IMG/VR virus record: IMGVR_UViG_3300048839_001435 | Strand: one strand, 5' to 3' | Length of the DNA stretch: 64,000 nt | Source of the DNA: an uncultured virus (IMG/VR IMGVR_UViG_3300048839_001435) | Lineage: Duplodnaviria; Heunggongvirae; Uroviricota; Caudoviricetes | Part shown: positions 45,519 to 56,315 of the stretch, in pieces | How positions within the stretch are numbered: the stretch's first letter is position 1 | Layout of the letters: each line of letters starts with the position of its first letter | Notes under the pieces: generated by a model | Database searches by the model: none | What the model saw: the letters and a program-made list of their open reading frames with translations, nothing else | What the model was told of the DNA's origin: nothing | Made by a program: the position numbers and the translations under genes

Positions 45519-45656
45519 GTGGCGGTCGATACCCTGATCAACATCGTACGTTTCAGTGCCGTCGACCCAGGCGACACCGCGACACTCGACCACGGCCTGG
45601 AGATCAACGGCGTGGGCCGGACTCCGGACCTGGTCATGGTCTCGAAGGCGGCCTAA
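45519..45656 (+). CDS. 45-aa truncated paralog of 1334-1909
   Basis: MAVDTLINIVRFSAVDPGDTATLDHGLEINGVGRTPDLVMVSKAA. Confidence 0.6.
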   Translation: MAVDTLINIVRFSAVDPGDTATLDHGLEINGVGRTPDLVMVSKAA

Positions 45657-45669
45657 CCAGGAGATTCTC

Positions 45670-46029
45670 ATGCCCGTTCTAGTCTCTCGACAGAACCTGA
45701 GCCTCACAGCGGGAACGACAACGGTCGATACGCAGATCGTCGTACCGGCCTACCTCGACACCTCGAATCCGCGGCTGCCCGAGGAGCTGATGATCCTAGT
45801 CATGCCGCCTACGTCCGGATGGGCGGCAGTGGCGGCGATGAGCGAGCCGTACTTCGTCGGGTCGACACTCAACGTCGACTTCCACTGCACTGCGGACACC
45901 GTGATCAACGTCCAGTTCTGGTTCGTGCACAGTCTCGTGGGCCCCGTGCTGACCGAGCCGTATGCGGCCGGATGTATTCCGATCGTCAGTGTCGGGGAAG
46001 CCTGCACCGTCTCCAACGGAGGTTCGTAA
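45670..46029 (+). CDS. Beta-rich putative virion protein
   Basis: RBS AGGAG; INVQFWFVHSLV resembles CNVLVMSLHSIL of ORF 1334. Confidence 0.65.
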   Translation: MPVLVSRQNLSLTAGTTTVDTQIVVPAYLDTSNPRLPEELMILVMPPTSGWAAVAAMSEPYFVGSTLNVDFHCTADTVINVQFWFVHSLVGPVLTEPYAAGCIPIVSVGEACTVSNGGS

Positions 46030-46679
46030 TGGGCGTCGTATGTGAACTGGAAGTCACCCCGAGCGCAACGGTGACGGTCGCGACGGCAGCCGACGTCGAT
46101 GTCGGAGACTACGCGGTCTACGTCGTCGCTGCGACGGGGACAGACGTGGAGGCGATCACGGAGAGTGAAGGCTTCCTCACGGTGCTGGCAACGGGATCGG
46201 CTAGCGACCTTCAGATCACGGTCTTCGGCGGATTCGTGCCCGATCCCGTTCCGGCCAGCGTCGAGTTCGCGTCGGTGAACAGTGAGGTCTGGGCGGCGGT
46301 CGCAAAGTTCGTCCGCGGCGTCGATACAAGCGATCCAGTCAGTGCGTCGGCGGTCGACTCCGACTTCGCGTCGCCGGCATCGCTGGCACTCAGCGTCGGG
46401 CCGATCACGATCGAGAACAACAACAGCTACCTGATGTACTGCCTGGCGGCCAACCCGCCTACGTCGCTCACGTTCGAGGCTGGCCCGACACCGACGATCT
46501 TGGAGCAGCAGCTCGGGAGAACGGTCGGCGGCATCGGCTCGCCGATCGAGGTCGGAATCTGGGCACAGACCGTCAACTCCGGCACGTCGTCGACGTACGC
46601 TCAGACCGTGACGTCTACAGCCGGAACGATCAACGGTCTGGCGGCGCTGATCTGTCTGCGACCTACGTGCCTGGAGTAA
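46029..46679 (+). CDS. Acidic beta-rich putative fibre protein
   Basis: TAATG coupling; RGVDTSDPV motif. Confidence 0.65.
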   Translation: MGVVCELEVTPSATVTVATAADVDVGDYAVYVVAATGTDVEAITESEGFLTVLATGSASDLQITVFGGFVPDPVPASVEFASVNSEVWAAVAKFVRGVDTSDPVSASAVDSDFASPASLALSVGPITIENNNSYLMYCLAANPPTSLTFEAGPTPTILEQQLGRTVGGIGSPIEVGIWAQTVNSGTSSTYAQTVTSTAGTINGLAALICLRPTCLE

Positions 46680-47191
46680 CCGGCGGTGGTGGCCGCCGGT
46701 AGCTCACGTAGCACGTCCCGCAGTAGTACGTGACGACCCGACGCATCTGATTCTGGCTCCCCGGGCCGATGATCATATGCCTCGGGTCGCCGCGGTACTC
46801 CAAGTGCTGTTCTTCGAGCACGTCGCCGCCGCACACGCGGCACCGCCCGACGACAGTCGTGGTTGGAGCCCTCACGCGGGGATCAGCCCGTTGCGCGTGA
46901 AGAAGTCGCGGAGAGCTGCTTCATCCTCGTCCCGCGTCTCGAAGACCCAGTGAAGGGCGACCTTCGGAGTCTTCGGCATGAAGACGGCGACAGCGCGTCC
47001 GACGGGCGCCGCCTTGATGAAGACAGGGACGCCTACGGCGCGCCACGCGCCTTGCATCTCGGGCGACGGCAGCACCTCGGTCCGGAGCATCGTCTCCGCC
47101 CAAGCCACGACCCGCATGGACAACTTGGCCAGGGCCGGGTCGGAGGGAACGACGGACCGTTCCGAGGCGCTATCGTCGACGTCGGCCGACA

Positions 47192-47536
47192 TCAGGTCTG
47201 CTTGGGGAGGGCGTGGCGCCACGCAGTCACGTCGGCGATGACGCTGTAGCGGACCCAGACGCCGTCGCAGTACGGCTCCGCCTCGTTGACCTTGCCGTTG
47301 ACGAGGAAGTCCGAGCCCCAGCGCGCCGAGTCGGCGAGCCACACCGCGTTGGGGGCGAGCTTCACGGCGTACTTGCCGAACTCCTCGATCACCCCGATGT
47401 AGTGGTACGGGATGCCGCGGATGACGACCTTGTCGCCGATGGCGTAGCGGCCGATCTCGGTGTCCATCCGCTCCGGGACCAGCGGATCCGGATCGTGGGC
47501 GGTGGCGTCGTTCTGGTTCTTGTCCCTCTTGCTCAT
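47192..47536 (-). CDS. Small conserved phage protein (DUF6948-like)
   Basis: KVVIRG.PYHY.G...L...A.W.ADS.RW...G...E.EP. Confidence 0.65.
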   Translation of the reverse strand: MSKRDKNQNDATAHDPDPLVPERMDTEIGRYAIGDKVVIRGIPYHYIGVIEEFGKYAVKLAPNAVWLADSARWGSDFLVNGKVNEAEPYCDGVWVRYSVIADVTAWRHALPKQT

Positions 47537-47598
47537 CGTCTTGGTTCTCTCGGTGGATGGGGTGACGGATTCAGGTGTAATACGTTCGATCGCGGATG

Positions 47599-49644
47599 TC
47601 AAGCATCCGCGAGCGTGCGGAGTCCGCGCTCGATGGCGTCCTTGGCGGACGTCAGCGAGGTCGTCGCGTCGTTCAGCTTGTTCTTGAGCGAGGTCTGCGC
47701 CTCCTCGGCCTGCGCGATCAGCTTCTTGAGGTGCTCGGCGATCTGCTTGGCCCGTTCGACCACCGTCGCGATCTCGACGATCTCCTCGGCCAGATCAGCG
47801 ACCTCGGCCTCGGCCGCCTTCTTCGCCTTGTACGCCTCGGTCAGCGCGCGCACCGCGTCCTCGACGCCGTCAGCTGGCGCGGCGGCCTTCGGCGCAGGCT
47901 GCGCGACGGGCGGCGGCGGCGCGGGCTTCGGCGCCGACGGCGGCGCCGGCTGACGCCGAACCTCGACGACGGGCGGGGTCGTAGGCGTGGCCGGCTTCGG
48001 CGGCTTGGCGGCCGGAGTCGTCCGCGCGATCCGCGTCATGGCGCTCTTGAGCTGCTCCGGCTCGATGTCGGAGACGATCGCGCAGATGACCTCCTTGTGC
48101 CGGTCGGTGCCCGTGAGCGGGTTCTTGCGCACGATGGCGTAGCAGACGTTCAGGTGCCGCGCGATCGGCGGCAGCGCAACGAGCGCCCAGGTCTCGTCGA
48201 GCCACTCGGCGACCGCCGCCAGGCCGCGGTCCATCGCCTTGGCGACGACGTAGTCGAGCTGGCTGGCGACGCGCCCACTGTTGGGCTCGTCGGTCAACTG
48301 AAGGTACTGCGTCGCGAAGAGGTTGACGGCCTCGGGCAGCATGAACCGCTGCCACGTGTAGTTGCTCGGCAGCACCGGCGGGCTCCACGGCGCCGCCGAG
48401 CGCGCTGCGTTGAGCCACCCCGGGTTCGGCAACCTGATGCGCATCGCCGGGGCCGGCGCCGGGGCCGGCACCGGCGCAGCCACCGGCGCAGCCGCCGGCG
48501 TCTTGGCAGCTGCTGCCGGAGGGACGAGCTTCTGGGCTTCGCCGGCCTCCTGCACGAGCTTCTGGAAGGGCATGTGGATCAGCGCATCCCAGGACGCGCG
48601 CGAGTCGCGCATCTCGGCGGTCAGGACGGTGATCACGACGAGCCGCGAGGGGGTCGGGTCGACCTGGTCCTCGCGCAGCAGCGCGTAGTAGACCTCGCCG
48701 ACGGAGGTTCCCGGGATCGCGAGCGCGAAGAACGTCTCGCCGCCCTGCTCGATCTTCTCGAAGAAGCCGCGCTTCCACGATGTCCAGACCAAGTGCCCGA
48801 GCTGCGCGCGGTCCGTCGGAAGCGGCGCACGCTTGAGGTACCGCTCGGCGAAGCGATCGAGCGCGTGGCTGCTGACGATGACATGGTTGGCCCACTCGCC
48901 CCCGACGAGGTCACTGACGCGAGGGAACACCCACGGCGTCGCGGCCACCGCGGCCTGCATCGGCGACACCTTCGTCGCAGGCGGCGGCTCCGGGGGCGCC
49001 GGCGTAGCTGCGGCCGTCGAGGGCGGAGCCGGCGGGGGCGAAGCCGGCGGCGCCGACTCGGCGGGAGTGATCTCGCCATTCCACGCGATCATCAGCGGAT
49101 GCCGCGGCTTGTAGATCGGCGCTGGCACGAGCTTCAGCTCGGGCATCAGCGTCACGACCTTGTCGTAGCACTCTGGCGTGATCGGCTGCCCCTGCTCCCA
49201 GCGGTAGATGGCCGACTGATGGACGTCGAGCGTCGCGGCCAGGTCCTTGACCGACATGCTCGCCTGATCGCGCGCGTGCCGAACTGCGAGGCCGAACGCG
49301 AGCGGCTCGAACTTCGGCCGAGTCGGAGGCGGCGGCGGAGCTTCCGCCGGCTTGGCGGACTCGCCTTCGCGTCGCTCGGTCTGCTTGTCCTGCTTGACCT
49401 GTCGCATCTGTTCGATGACGTCAACAGGCGGCAGCACGAAGCCGTTCAACTTGGGGATGGCGCGACGAAGGCGCGTGAACGTGTGGTGGTCGGGAAGGTC
49501 GTCCTGCTTGATCCAGGATGAGACAACCTTCTCGGACACTCGGGCCACGTGCGCGAGATCGCGCAGCTTTGCGCTCTTTCGCGCGAGCCACCCCGACAAC
49601 GTGTCCGACAAGATATGCGGCGTCAGCAGCGTAGGTTCGGCCAT
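47599..49644 (-). CDS. Multidomain protein with XRE-type HTH domain(s), two related internal domains and a coiled coil
   Basis: ARDQASMSVKDLAATLDVHQSAIYRWEQG; Pro/Ala linkers. Confidence 0.8.
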   Translation of the reverse strand: MAEPTLLTPHILSDTLSGWLARKSAKLRDLAHVARVSEKVVSSWIKQDDLPDHHTFTRLRRAIPKLNGFVLPPVDVIEQMRQVKQDKQTERREGESAKPAEAPPPPPTRPKFEPLAFGLAVRHARDQASMSVKDLAATLDVHQSAIYRWEQGQPITPECYDKVVTLMPELKLVPAPIYKPRHPLMIAWNGEITPAESAPPASPPPAPPSTAAATPAPPEPPPATKVSPMQAAVAATPWVFPRVSDLVGGEWANHVIVSSHALDRFAERYLKRAPLPTDRAQLGHLVWTSWKRGFFEKIEQGGETFFALAIPGTSVGEVYYALLREDQVDPTPSRLVVITVLTAEMRDSRASWDALIHMPFQKLVQEAGEAQKLVPPAAAAKTPAAAPVAAPVPAPAPAPAMRIRLPNPGWLNAARSAAPWSPPVLPSNYTWQRFMLPEAVNLFATQYLQLTDEPNSGRVASQLDYVVAKAMDRGLAAVAEWLDETWALVALPPIARHLNVCYAIVRKNPLTGTDRHKEVICAIVSDIEPEQLKSAMTRIARTTPAAKPPKPATPTTPPVVEVRRQPAPPSAPKPAPPPPVAQPAPKAAAPADGVEDAVRALTEAYKAKKAAEAEVADLAEEIVEIATVVERAKQIAEHLKKLIAQAEEAQTSLKNKLNDATTSLTSAKDAIERGLRTLADA

Positions 49645-50261
49645 CGGAGATAGCTGTATGACTTGCGACGCTTCTTGTCAAGCGACGAGATCTCGCAAAC
49701 TACGCCAAGCGGCGGATCCCCCCACCTCCGAGGGCGCCTTCGCGCTCCGTGCGGCTCGTCGGGTCTCGACCTGTGTGATTCGAGTACGTGTACTGCGCGC
49801 ACGGGCGCGTACGAGCGAACAGAATACGGTGGTGTCCGCGCCGTTGGCTCATGACCCACGGACAGCTGCTGGCCTTTGCGCCGTTGACGGACCACATGAA
49901 CCCGTTGATGGACGACATCTGCACGAACTGCCGCCACAAGGTCCAAGCGTATCTGGCGATCATGCCAACCACACCATGCACGATGCCGGCTTCGTCGGGC
50001 TGAAGCGTCCGGCGGGAGCGTGCGAGATCGAAAACGTCACGTAGTACAGCATGTATCGGGCGACGGACAGGTGCACCACGCGAGGCCAGCGACGGCAGCC
50101 AGTGCACCTCGTCTGCGGCGACGTTATCGTGTTCTGGGCTAGGCCCTGCACGCCGTAGTGTGCCCGCGATCTGCGGATGTTCCCGCCGTTCCACGCGTGG
50201 ACATACAGCGAACTGAGTACGGATACTGGCATGTGGGCCCCACTGCGAGGCCGCCCCCGCG

Positions 50262-52924
50262 TCAGGACAGCATGTCTGCGTCGACCTCGCCGGCGTCGGC
50301 GCGGAGACGATCTCGGACGACGACCTCCCGCGCCGAGAGCAGTCGTTCGGCTCGGCGTGCGATGTGCTCACCGCTCTGCGAGTCCTCGGCGATCTCCCGC
50401 AGCAGGCCGCTGGGCAACGAGCCAAGCGCGTCGTCGACCTCGCGGCTGACGATCGCGACGTGGGCGTAGAGCACGGAGCGCACGGCGTCGAGGCGGGCGC
50501 ACGGCACAATGCAGACGGTCCGCGAGCTGCGTTTGACAGCTGTCAGCGCGCCGGAGCCATCCAGGCACTGCCGGATCGCCGCAGCGATCTTGCTGTCGGC
50601 ATACTGCTGGTTGTGGAGGACCACCAAAACGGCTGCACCATCCCAGTGCAGCTCGTCCCACCCCCGGATCTTTTGGAGCGTCTTTCTGAGGTCGACGATC
50701 ACGGTGAGATGACTCTAACACAACCGTGCGACAGCCGTTGACGCGGGCGCGGAAGCCTGACGGTGGCGCAGGCTACTCCAGGAGCCCCGTAGTTGACGCG
50801 CTTGGCGCACGAACACGTGCGGCGGAATGCCGGCTGGCCATTGTGTACGCCGAGTGTCTTCACAAGCCCCTGGCCAGTCGATCATGCCAGGGTTGGCGAT
50901 ATAGCGTCGACAGCGCAGAACGTGAATGGCTTGCGCCAGCAGCGTCATTGGAGGTAGCCGATCTGCGATCCGCGCTTCCTCGGCAGCCTTCGCGACACCG
51001 ACACGCGAAAGTACGCGCGCGCGCCCCAAAGTGTCGACTGACGTCGAGGTGTTGGCCAGACCGTAGCTGGGGTCACTGCAAGAACTCCAGCCCGCGCAGC
51101 TTCCGCCCTCTGAAGCGGTGGCGAAACGGAGCATCCGCGCGCGTGCCGCTGATGCTCGTGCCGTAGGCCATGTGCTTGGTGCCGGAGACGGCGCTCGCGC
51201 GCTGCATCCCCCAACGAGTTCGACTTGTCGAGGCGCGGTGAGGCCATTCGTCAAGCCACCACCGCTCGTGAACGCGCGCTATGTAGGTCTCCGCGATCTG
51301 CTGGTTGACGCAAACCTGCGTGAGCTTGGCGTAGCCAAACAGGACGATCCCGATCAGGCCGTGGCAGAGCACGAGGACGTCGTTCCAGCCATCGACGGCG
51401 ACGACGCACACGGTGAGCCACCACAGCCAGAACAGCCGCAGCGCGCGGCGCAGCCTGGCCTCGCTGCCGTCGTATGCCGGCCGCGAGCACCTAGGCTTCC
51501 GGCGGCCTTCAAGCGAGAAGTGCCGTCCGTCGAACAGGATCGCCTGATCTGTAGACACGTGATTGCGTCACGAATCTGCGGCTGAAGTTGCCGCGAACGT
51601 GGTGTGCCGAGGACGACGACTGGGGCGTCGCTGTTTGCGCGAGCGAGTATGAGGCGGTGACCGCGCCCCAACCAACGCCGCAGTAGCTGCGCATCCTGAA
51701 TGGATCGGCTACGGCTAGCTCAGCCACCAGCCGGCGCTCAGCCTTCAGCACCCCAACGCCACGGAGTATCACCGCCATACGCCGTTCCCGCTCGTTGATG
51801 AATGCCCACACGGCGACGAGCCACCAGAGCACACTAACTGCGACAGCAACGGCCCCGTGAGGCGCTGCCGCAACTGGCAGCACCAGACCCCCCGCGAAGA
51901 TCGGGTACCACCAGCGGTTGGCTGTCGGGAGTGGGTGCGCGCGGACGGCACACGAAGACACTCGAACGAGGCCGTACGTCAGCGCGCAGCCAAGCGGAGG
52001 AGCGCCCACGAAGTCACGGCCTGCGGCGCCAGTACGCGCGGATCAGCTCGCCGATCAGCGCCACCAGCCGCTCCTGGGTGTACTGCCCGTCGATGTTGTG
52101 CAGCTCGATCATCTCGTTGCCGACGGGGAAGATCTCGTAGCCGCCGACGATGCTGCTGCTCAGCATCGTGTGCATGAGCTGTCCGACCGAGGCCGCGTCG
52201 GCGTCGGCGCCAGCCGCCATCTGCTTGGAGATCATGTGCAGATCGTCGAGCTTCTTGTCAGCCGCCGATCGCTTGTCCTCCCAGTCGCCGATCTGCAGGT
52301 CGCTCGCCTCCGCCACCGCGATGTTGGCCATGGCGTAGCACCAGAAGGGGATCGGGACGTGTAGCGTCGTCGTCCCGACGAACTCCGGGACGCCGGCGAT
52401 CTCGAAGCGCTCCGCGTCGCGCCACGCCGGCACACGCACGGTCATGGTCTTGGCGTCGAGGTCGACGTGTTCGACGCACACCTGAACGCGGCGGCGACGG
52501 TCTCGGGATGGCTTGCTCATGGATCCTACTTGTGCTTGGGCAGAGGATGGGTGCGCGCGGCATCATACTGCCGCGATCGCATTGCGTCGACTTCACGCCG
52601 CGCGCGCCGCATCGCGATGTGCTCGTAGGCATCGATGACGACGCAGAGATCTGCGGCAGGGCCGCGCGCGAGCACGTCTTCGGCTTCGTCGACCGCGACC
52701 AGCATCACCTGATCGTCGGAGTACGCCCTGAATCGGATCCGGCCGCCAGGAAGCTCGAAGGTGTAGAAGTCGCCTTCCGGGAGCTGATCGACGGTGACCT
52801 TCTGCTCGAAGACGACCTCGGCTTGGCTGACGATCGCGTTCAGGAACGCGGTCTTCTTGAAGTCGGCATCGATGAGGCTGACGCGCTCCAGGGGCGCGGG
52901 CGGACTGCTGGTGCGGTAGACCAT
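50262..52924 (-). other. Run of hypothetical genes (50262-50702, 51251-51558, 52014-52520, 52526-52924 and others)
   Basis: Abutting minus-strand ORFs. Confidence 0.55.
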
Positions 52925-52927
52925 CGC

Positions 52928-53485
52928 CTAGACTTCACGGAGCTGCTGCGTCAGCGCTGCGGTGCGCTGCACCATCGCGGTCTGCAGCGCCGTCGAGACG
53001 CTCTTGGTCAGCTTGGTGTCGATCGTTGCGATCTCTTCTTCGAGCTGCTCCAGCTCCGCCCGGATGCGGGAGACTTCGGTCCGAAGGTTCTGCGTGAGGG
53101 TCGTCCTCACGACGGCCAGCTGCGCGAGCGTCTCCGACAGCTCGTCGTGCGGCGCGCTGCGCGGCACGGTGCGCTGTGCCCGGCGCAGCTTCGTCGTCGG
53201 GCGCTTCTTGCGGCGCTGCGCCGCGCCGCTCCCGGACAGACCACCGACGCCGTTCCCGGGCACGGCGCGCTTGAACTTCGGCCAGACGACCTCGCCCAAC
53301 TCGGGGAGCCTCTTCCGGATCAGCTGCTGGGCGGCCGGAGTTGCCGGGCGGCCCTTCGTCCAGCGGTAGATGCTAGCGGTGCCGACACCGATGTGCTCGG
53401 CGAGCTGCGCCTGCGACATCTTGCGCTCCTTGGCGATCGCCGCCAGGCGCTGCGCGAAGGTCGGGATGGGACGGGTAACGGGCAT
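52928..53485 (-). CDS. XRE-family HTH regulator with coiled coil
   Basis: RKMSQAQLAEHIGVGTASIYRWTKG. Confidence 0.85.
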   Translation of the reverse strand: MPVTRPIPTFAQRLAAIAKERKMSQAQLAEHIGVGTASIYRWTKGRPATPAAQQLIRKRLPELGEVVWPKFKRAVPGNGVGGLSGSGAAQRRKKRPTTKLRRAQRTVPRSAPHDELSETLAQLAVVRTTLTQNLRTEVSRIRAELEQLEEEIATIDTKLTKSVSTALQTAMVQRTAALTQQLREV

Positions 53486-53516
53486 GGGAGTCTTTCTCTG
53501 CGCGACAGCGCAGCGG

Positions 53517-54128
53517 TTACAGTTCGTCTCCGGTCAGCTGATCGATCACGTCGACCAGGTCATCGACGGGCGTGTCGACGATCTCAGCTGCGTCGAGGAC
53601 GTCTTCGGACGGCGCCGCGACCGTGTCGAGGCCGTCGTCCTTGGCAGCCAGGCTCGCCAGCCGACGCAGCTCGGCGGCGTCCTGGATCGCCTGGCGCCGC
53701 GCGGCGGCGGCGGTTCGGCGCCGCGCGCGCGTGTCCGCGGCAACGGCAGCAGCCGAAGCGGCTGACGGCGGCGCCGGCTTCGCCGCCTTCTTGGGCTTCG
53801 CCTTGGGCTTCGCCGCCGGCTTCGCCTTGGCCGCAGGCTTCTTGGGCTTCGCCGGCTTCGCCGGCCTCGCCGGCTTAGCCTTCTTGACCTTCGCCGGCTT
53901 AGCCTTCTTGGCCTTCGGCGAAGCCGCGGCCTTCGGCGCAGCCGCAGCCTTCGGCGCAGCCTTGGGCGCGGTCAGTTTGACGGCGTCGGCCAACGAGCCT
54001 CGGGCATCGCGCATCGAGGACGCGAACGCCTCGAAGGCTTCGGCCAAGATGCGTCCGATCATCTCGTTGACGCAGTCCCGAACGCGGCGCTCGAAGTCGC
54101 CGACCAGATCAGTCGAGGTGGAACGCAC
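53517..54128 (-). CDS. Histone H1-like Ala/Lys/Pro-rich protein
   Basis: PKAA and AKP repeats, acidic tail. Confidence 0.75.
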   Translation of the reverse strand: MRSTSTDLVGDFERRVRDCVNEMIGRILAEAFEAFASSMRDARGSLADAVKLTAPKAAPKAAAAPKAAASPKAKKAKPAKVKKAKPARPAKPAKPKKPAAKAKPAAKPKAKPKKAAKPAPPSAASAAAVAADTRARRRTAAAARRQAIQDAAELRRLASLAAKDDGLDTVAAPSEDVLDAAEIVDTPVDDLVDVIDQLTGDEL

Positions 54129-54360
54129 GGTGCTCCTGGAGTTGGGCGTCGATGTCCCGCGCCAGCGCGTACACTTCCATCACGCGCTGCATCGACATCG
54201 TGCTGTACTCGTTGAACTTCTGGCGGACGTCTTCGTTCGGCATGACCGAGACGGGGTAGTCCTCGTAGTCCCACGTGTCGCAAACGACGATCACGTGGGT
54301 CGCCCCCTGCTTGCGCGCCTCGATCAGCCAGCGCCGGATCTCGTCCTTGCTCGTCGCCAT
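54109..54360 (-). CDS. Small conserved phage protein
   Basis: GATHVIVVCDTWDYEDYPV...MQRVMEVY.L. Confidence 0.75.
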   Translation of the reverse strand: MATSKDEIRRWLIEARKQGATHVIVVCDTWDYEDYPVSVMPNEDVRQKFNEYSTMSMQRVMEVYALARDIDAQLQEHRAFHLD

Positions 54361-55365
54361 TGCACCGACCCTACATCGAGCGTCTGACAGGCGTCCAGTT
54401 TACGCCACGTAATTTCGTCCTACGTTCGGGATCGGCTACGCCAAGATGTCGAGAGGGTTCGATCTTTCTCGTGTATAGCCGTAGATCGTCGTCCAGATAT
54501 CGCACCACGAGCGGATGTAACGGCCTGAGCGGGACGCAGACGCTGATCCGGGGCGGTTCACTCCCGCGGCGGCGCGGCCCGATACGCGGAACACGGTGAC
54601 CTGCCAGCCGGGCATCCTGAAGATGGAGATCATGCAAGACACCTGATCGACAGCCATTCTGATACGTCTGGGTACTGGCGTCGGACGGGACGCCAAGCGT
54701 ACCCACCTCGGACACGATCGATCGATCTCAGGGTACGAAACTTCTGCGCAGCGCACCACGACCGTGAGTAGCCCCCGGAGGCCGCAGCTGATGTTGACGT
54801 CGTATCCGTCAGCAGCAAGGCGAGCATCATGTAGCCGATCATGTGCTTTGCTACCTAGGTGTAACCGAACCAACGTCAGTTGGCGTCCCGGGCCGATGAA
54901 GTATCAACGTCATCACGCCAGGACCGTCATGCGTGAGTACGTGTTCTTGTAGACTCCGTGGCGCACACGGACGGTCAAGACTACACCACGCCGTGCATGA
55001 GCACCGGACAAGTAACGTCCTTTGGATGCCGATCTGGCGATCCATCCTGCCGTGGCGCCGCCTCTTGACTCAGCCACAGACCATCGCATGCCGGGGAACA
55101 AGGCGAGAGCTGATATCGGAACGCCGCCCATTAGCGAACTCTCATCCTAGAACGCCGAAGCGAGTGTTGTCGGGGCCGCATCTTCCGGAGAAGCGCCTTG
55201 TTCCACCCCCACTCCAGCGAGGCAGGCCGACGTGGCGGGAGAAGCCAGGGGTTGAAGCCACCCGGCGGCTGTGGCGTCGCACGCCACCAGACACCAGACG
55301 GCTCGATGTCAGCCACGTGAGATTGCGTTGATAGAACTTCGCGTGGCCGCCGAGGACGCTCGGCG

Positions 55366-56283
55366 TCACTTGCGACCTCGTCTGTACTCGGCGACCCCGA
55401 GGACGACCTTGTCGCCGCGCCGGCCACGATCGTACCGTCGGGTCGTCGCTGCGTCCGCGTGGTGCGCAGCAGCCTGGATGTCCCGTTCGTACATCTTGGC
55501 GTCGTAGGCGTCGGTGATGAACGTCGCCCGGAACATGTGCGGGTGGACGTGCGCGACGCCGGCGCCCGCGGCGGCTTCAGCGACGACGCGGTTCACGATC
55601 GCGACGTTGATCGGCCGGCTCGGGTAGTGTTTGTTGGGAAAGACGTAGATCGCCGGCGGCGCGATCGCGAGCCACTTCTGTAGGGCGGCGCTGCACGTCG
55701 CCGGCAACGCGACCGGCTCCGTCCGGCCGCCCTTGACGACGATCGCGATGCTGTCTCGGTTGACCGCGTCGCGCTGCAAGGTCGCCGCGGACGCGCGGCG
55801 CATGCCCGTGTCGTAGAGCAGCCGCAGGATAGCGTAGTTCCGCACGCCGGTCGGGCTCGTGTCCTTGGCCCCGAACGTCAGGATCGCATCCGCGATATCG
55901 GGGGCCACGGTCGGCGTTCGGTTGGCGGTCGTAGACGCGCCCGCCGGCCGCGCCAGCCACGAGCTGAGAAACGGGTTGGTGTGGCACGCCCCCGCGGCTT
56001 GCAGCGCCTTGTAGAAGAAGCTGAGCGAGCCCAGGATGCGCGAGACGCTCGGACCGCTGTACCGGCCGACGAGCAGCTCACGGAACGAGGTCGCCGCGGG
56101 AAGCCCCGGATCAGCCAACGGCGCGTTCTTGCGCGCGGCGAACTCGCACCAGAGCTGCCAATCGCGCTGGTACGCGGCGCGCGTATTCGGCGATCTGCGT
56201 CCTGCGATCAGGAGCTGGACGGCGTCGTCGATGGCGGCGTCGGACGGGCGGGAGCCTGAGAAGGGGACGAGGGCGGAGGTCAT
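55366..56283 (-). CDS. Tyrosine recombinase (XerC/D-like)
   Basis: SPNT..AY..DW; LLYDTGMR (R), VKGG (K), HPHMFR (HxxR), HH, TTRRY (Y). Confidence 0.92.
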   Translation of the reverse strand: MTSALVPFSGSRPSDAAIDDAVQLLIAGRRSPNTRAAYQRDWQLWCEFAARKNAPLADPGLPAATSFRELLVGRYSGPSVSRILGSLSFFYKALQAAGACHTNPFLSSWLARPAGASTTANRTPTVAPDIADAILTFGAKDTSPTGVRNYAILRLLYDTGMRRASAATLQRDAVNRDSIAIVVKGGRTEPVALPATCSAALQKWLAIAPPAIYVFPNKHYPSRPINVAIVNRVVAEAAAGAGVAHVHPHMFRATFITDAYDAKMYERDIQAAAHHADAATTRRYDRGRRGDKVVLGVAEYRRGRK

Positions 56284-56287
56284 GTCA

Positions 56288-56315
56288 AAGTAACATAGCT
56301 GCACTTATGTGACAG
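56288..56315. other. dif-like recombination site (11-6-11)
   Basis: AAGTAACATAG-CTGCAC-TTATGTGACAG; IHF-like TTTCAACTACTTA at 56344-56356. Confidence 0.7.

Noticed and set aside
50574..50589. Extra GATC box GATCGCCGCAGCGATC (and a partial one near 22834)
   Set aside because: Inside a CDS encoding IAAAI, with no following -10 box or start codon
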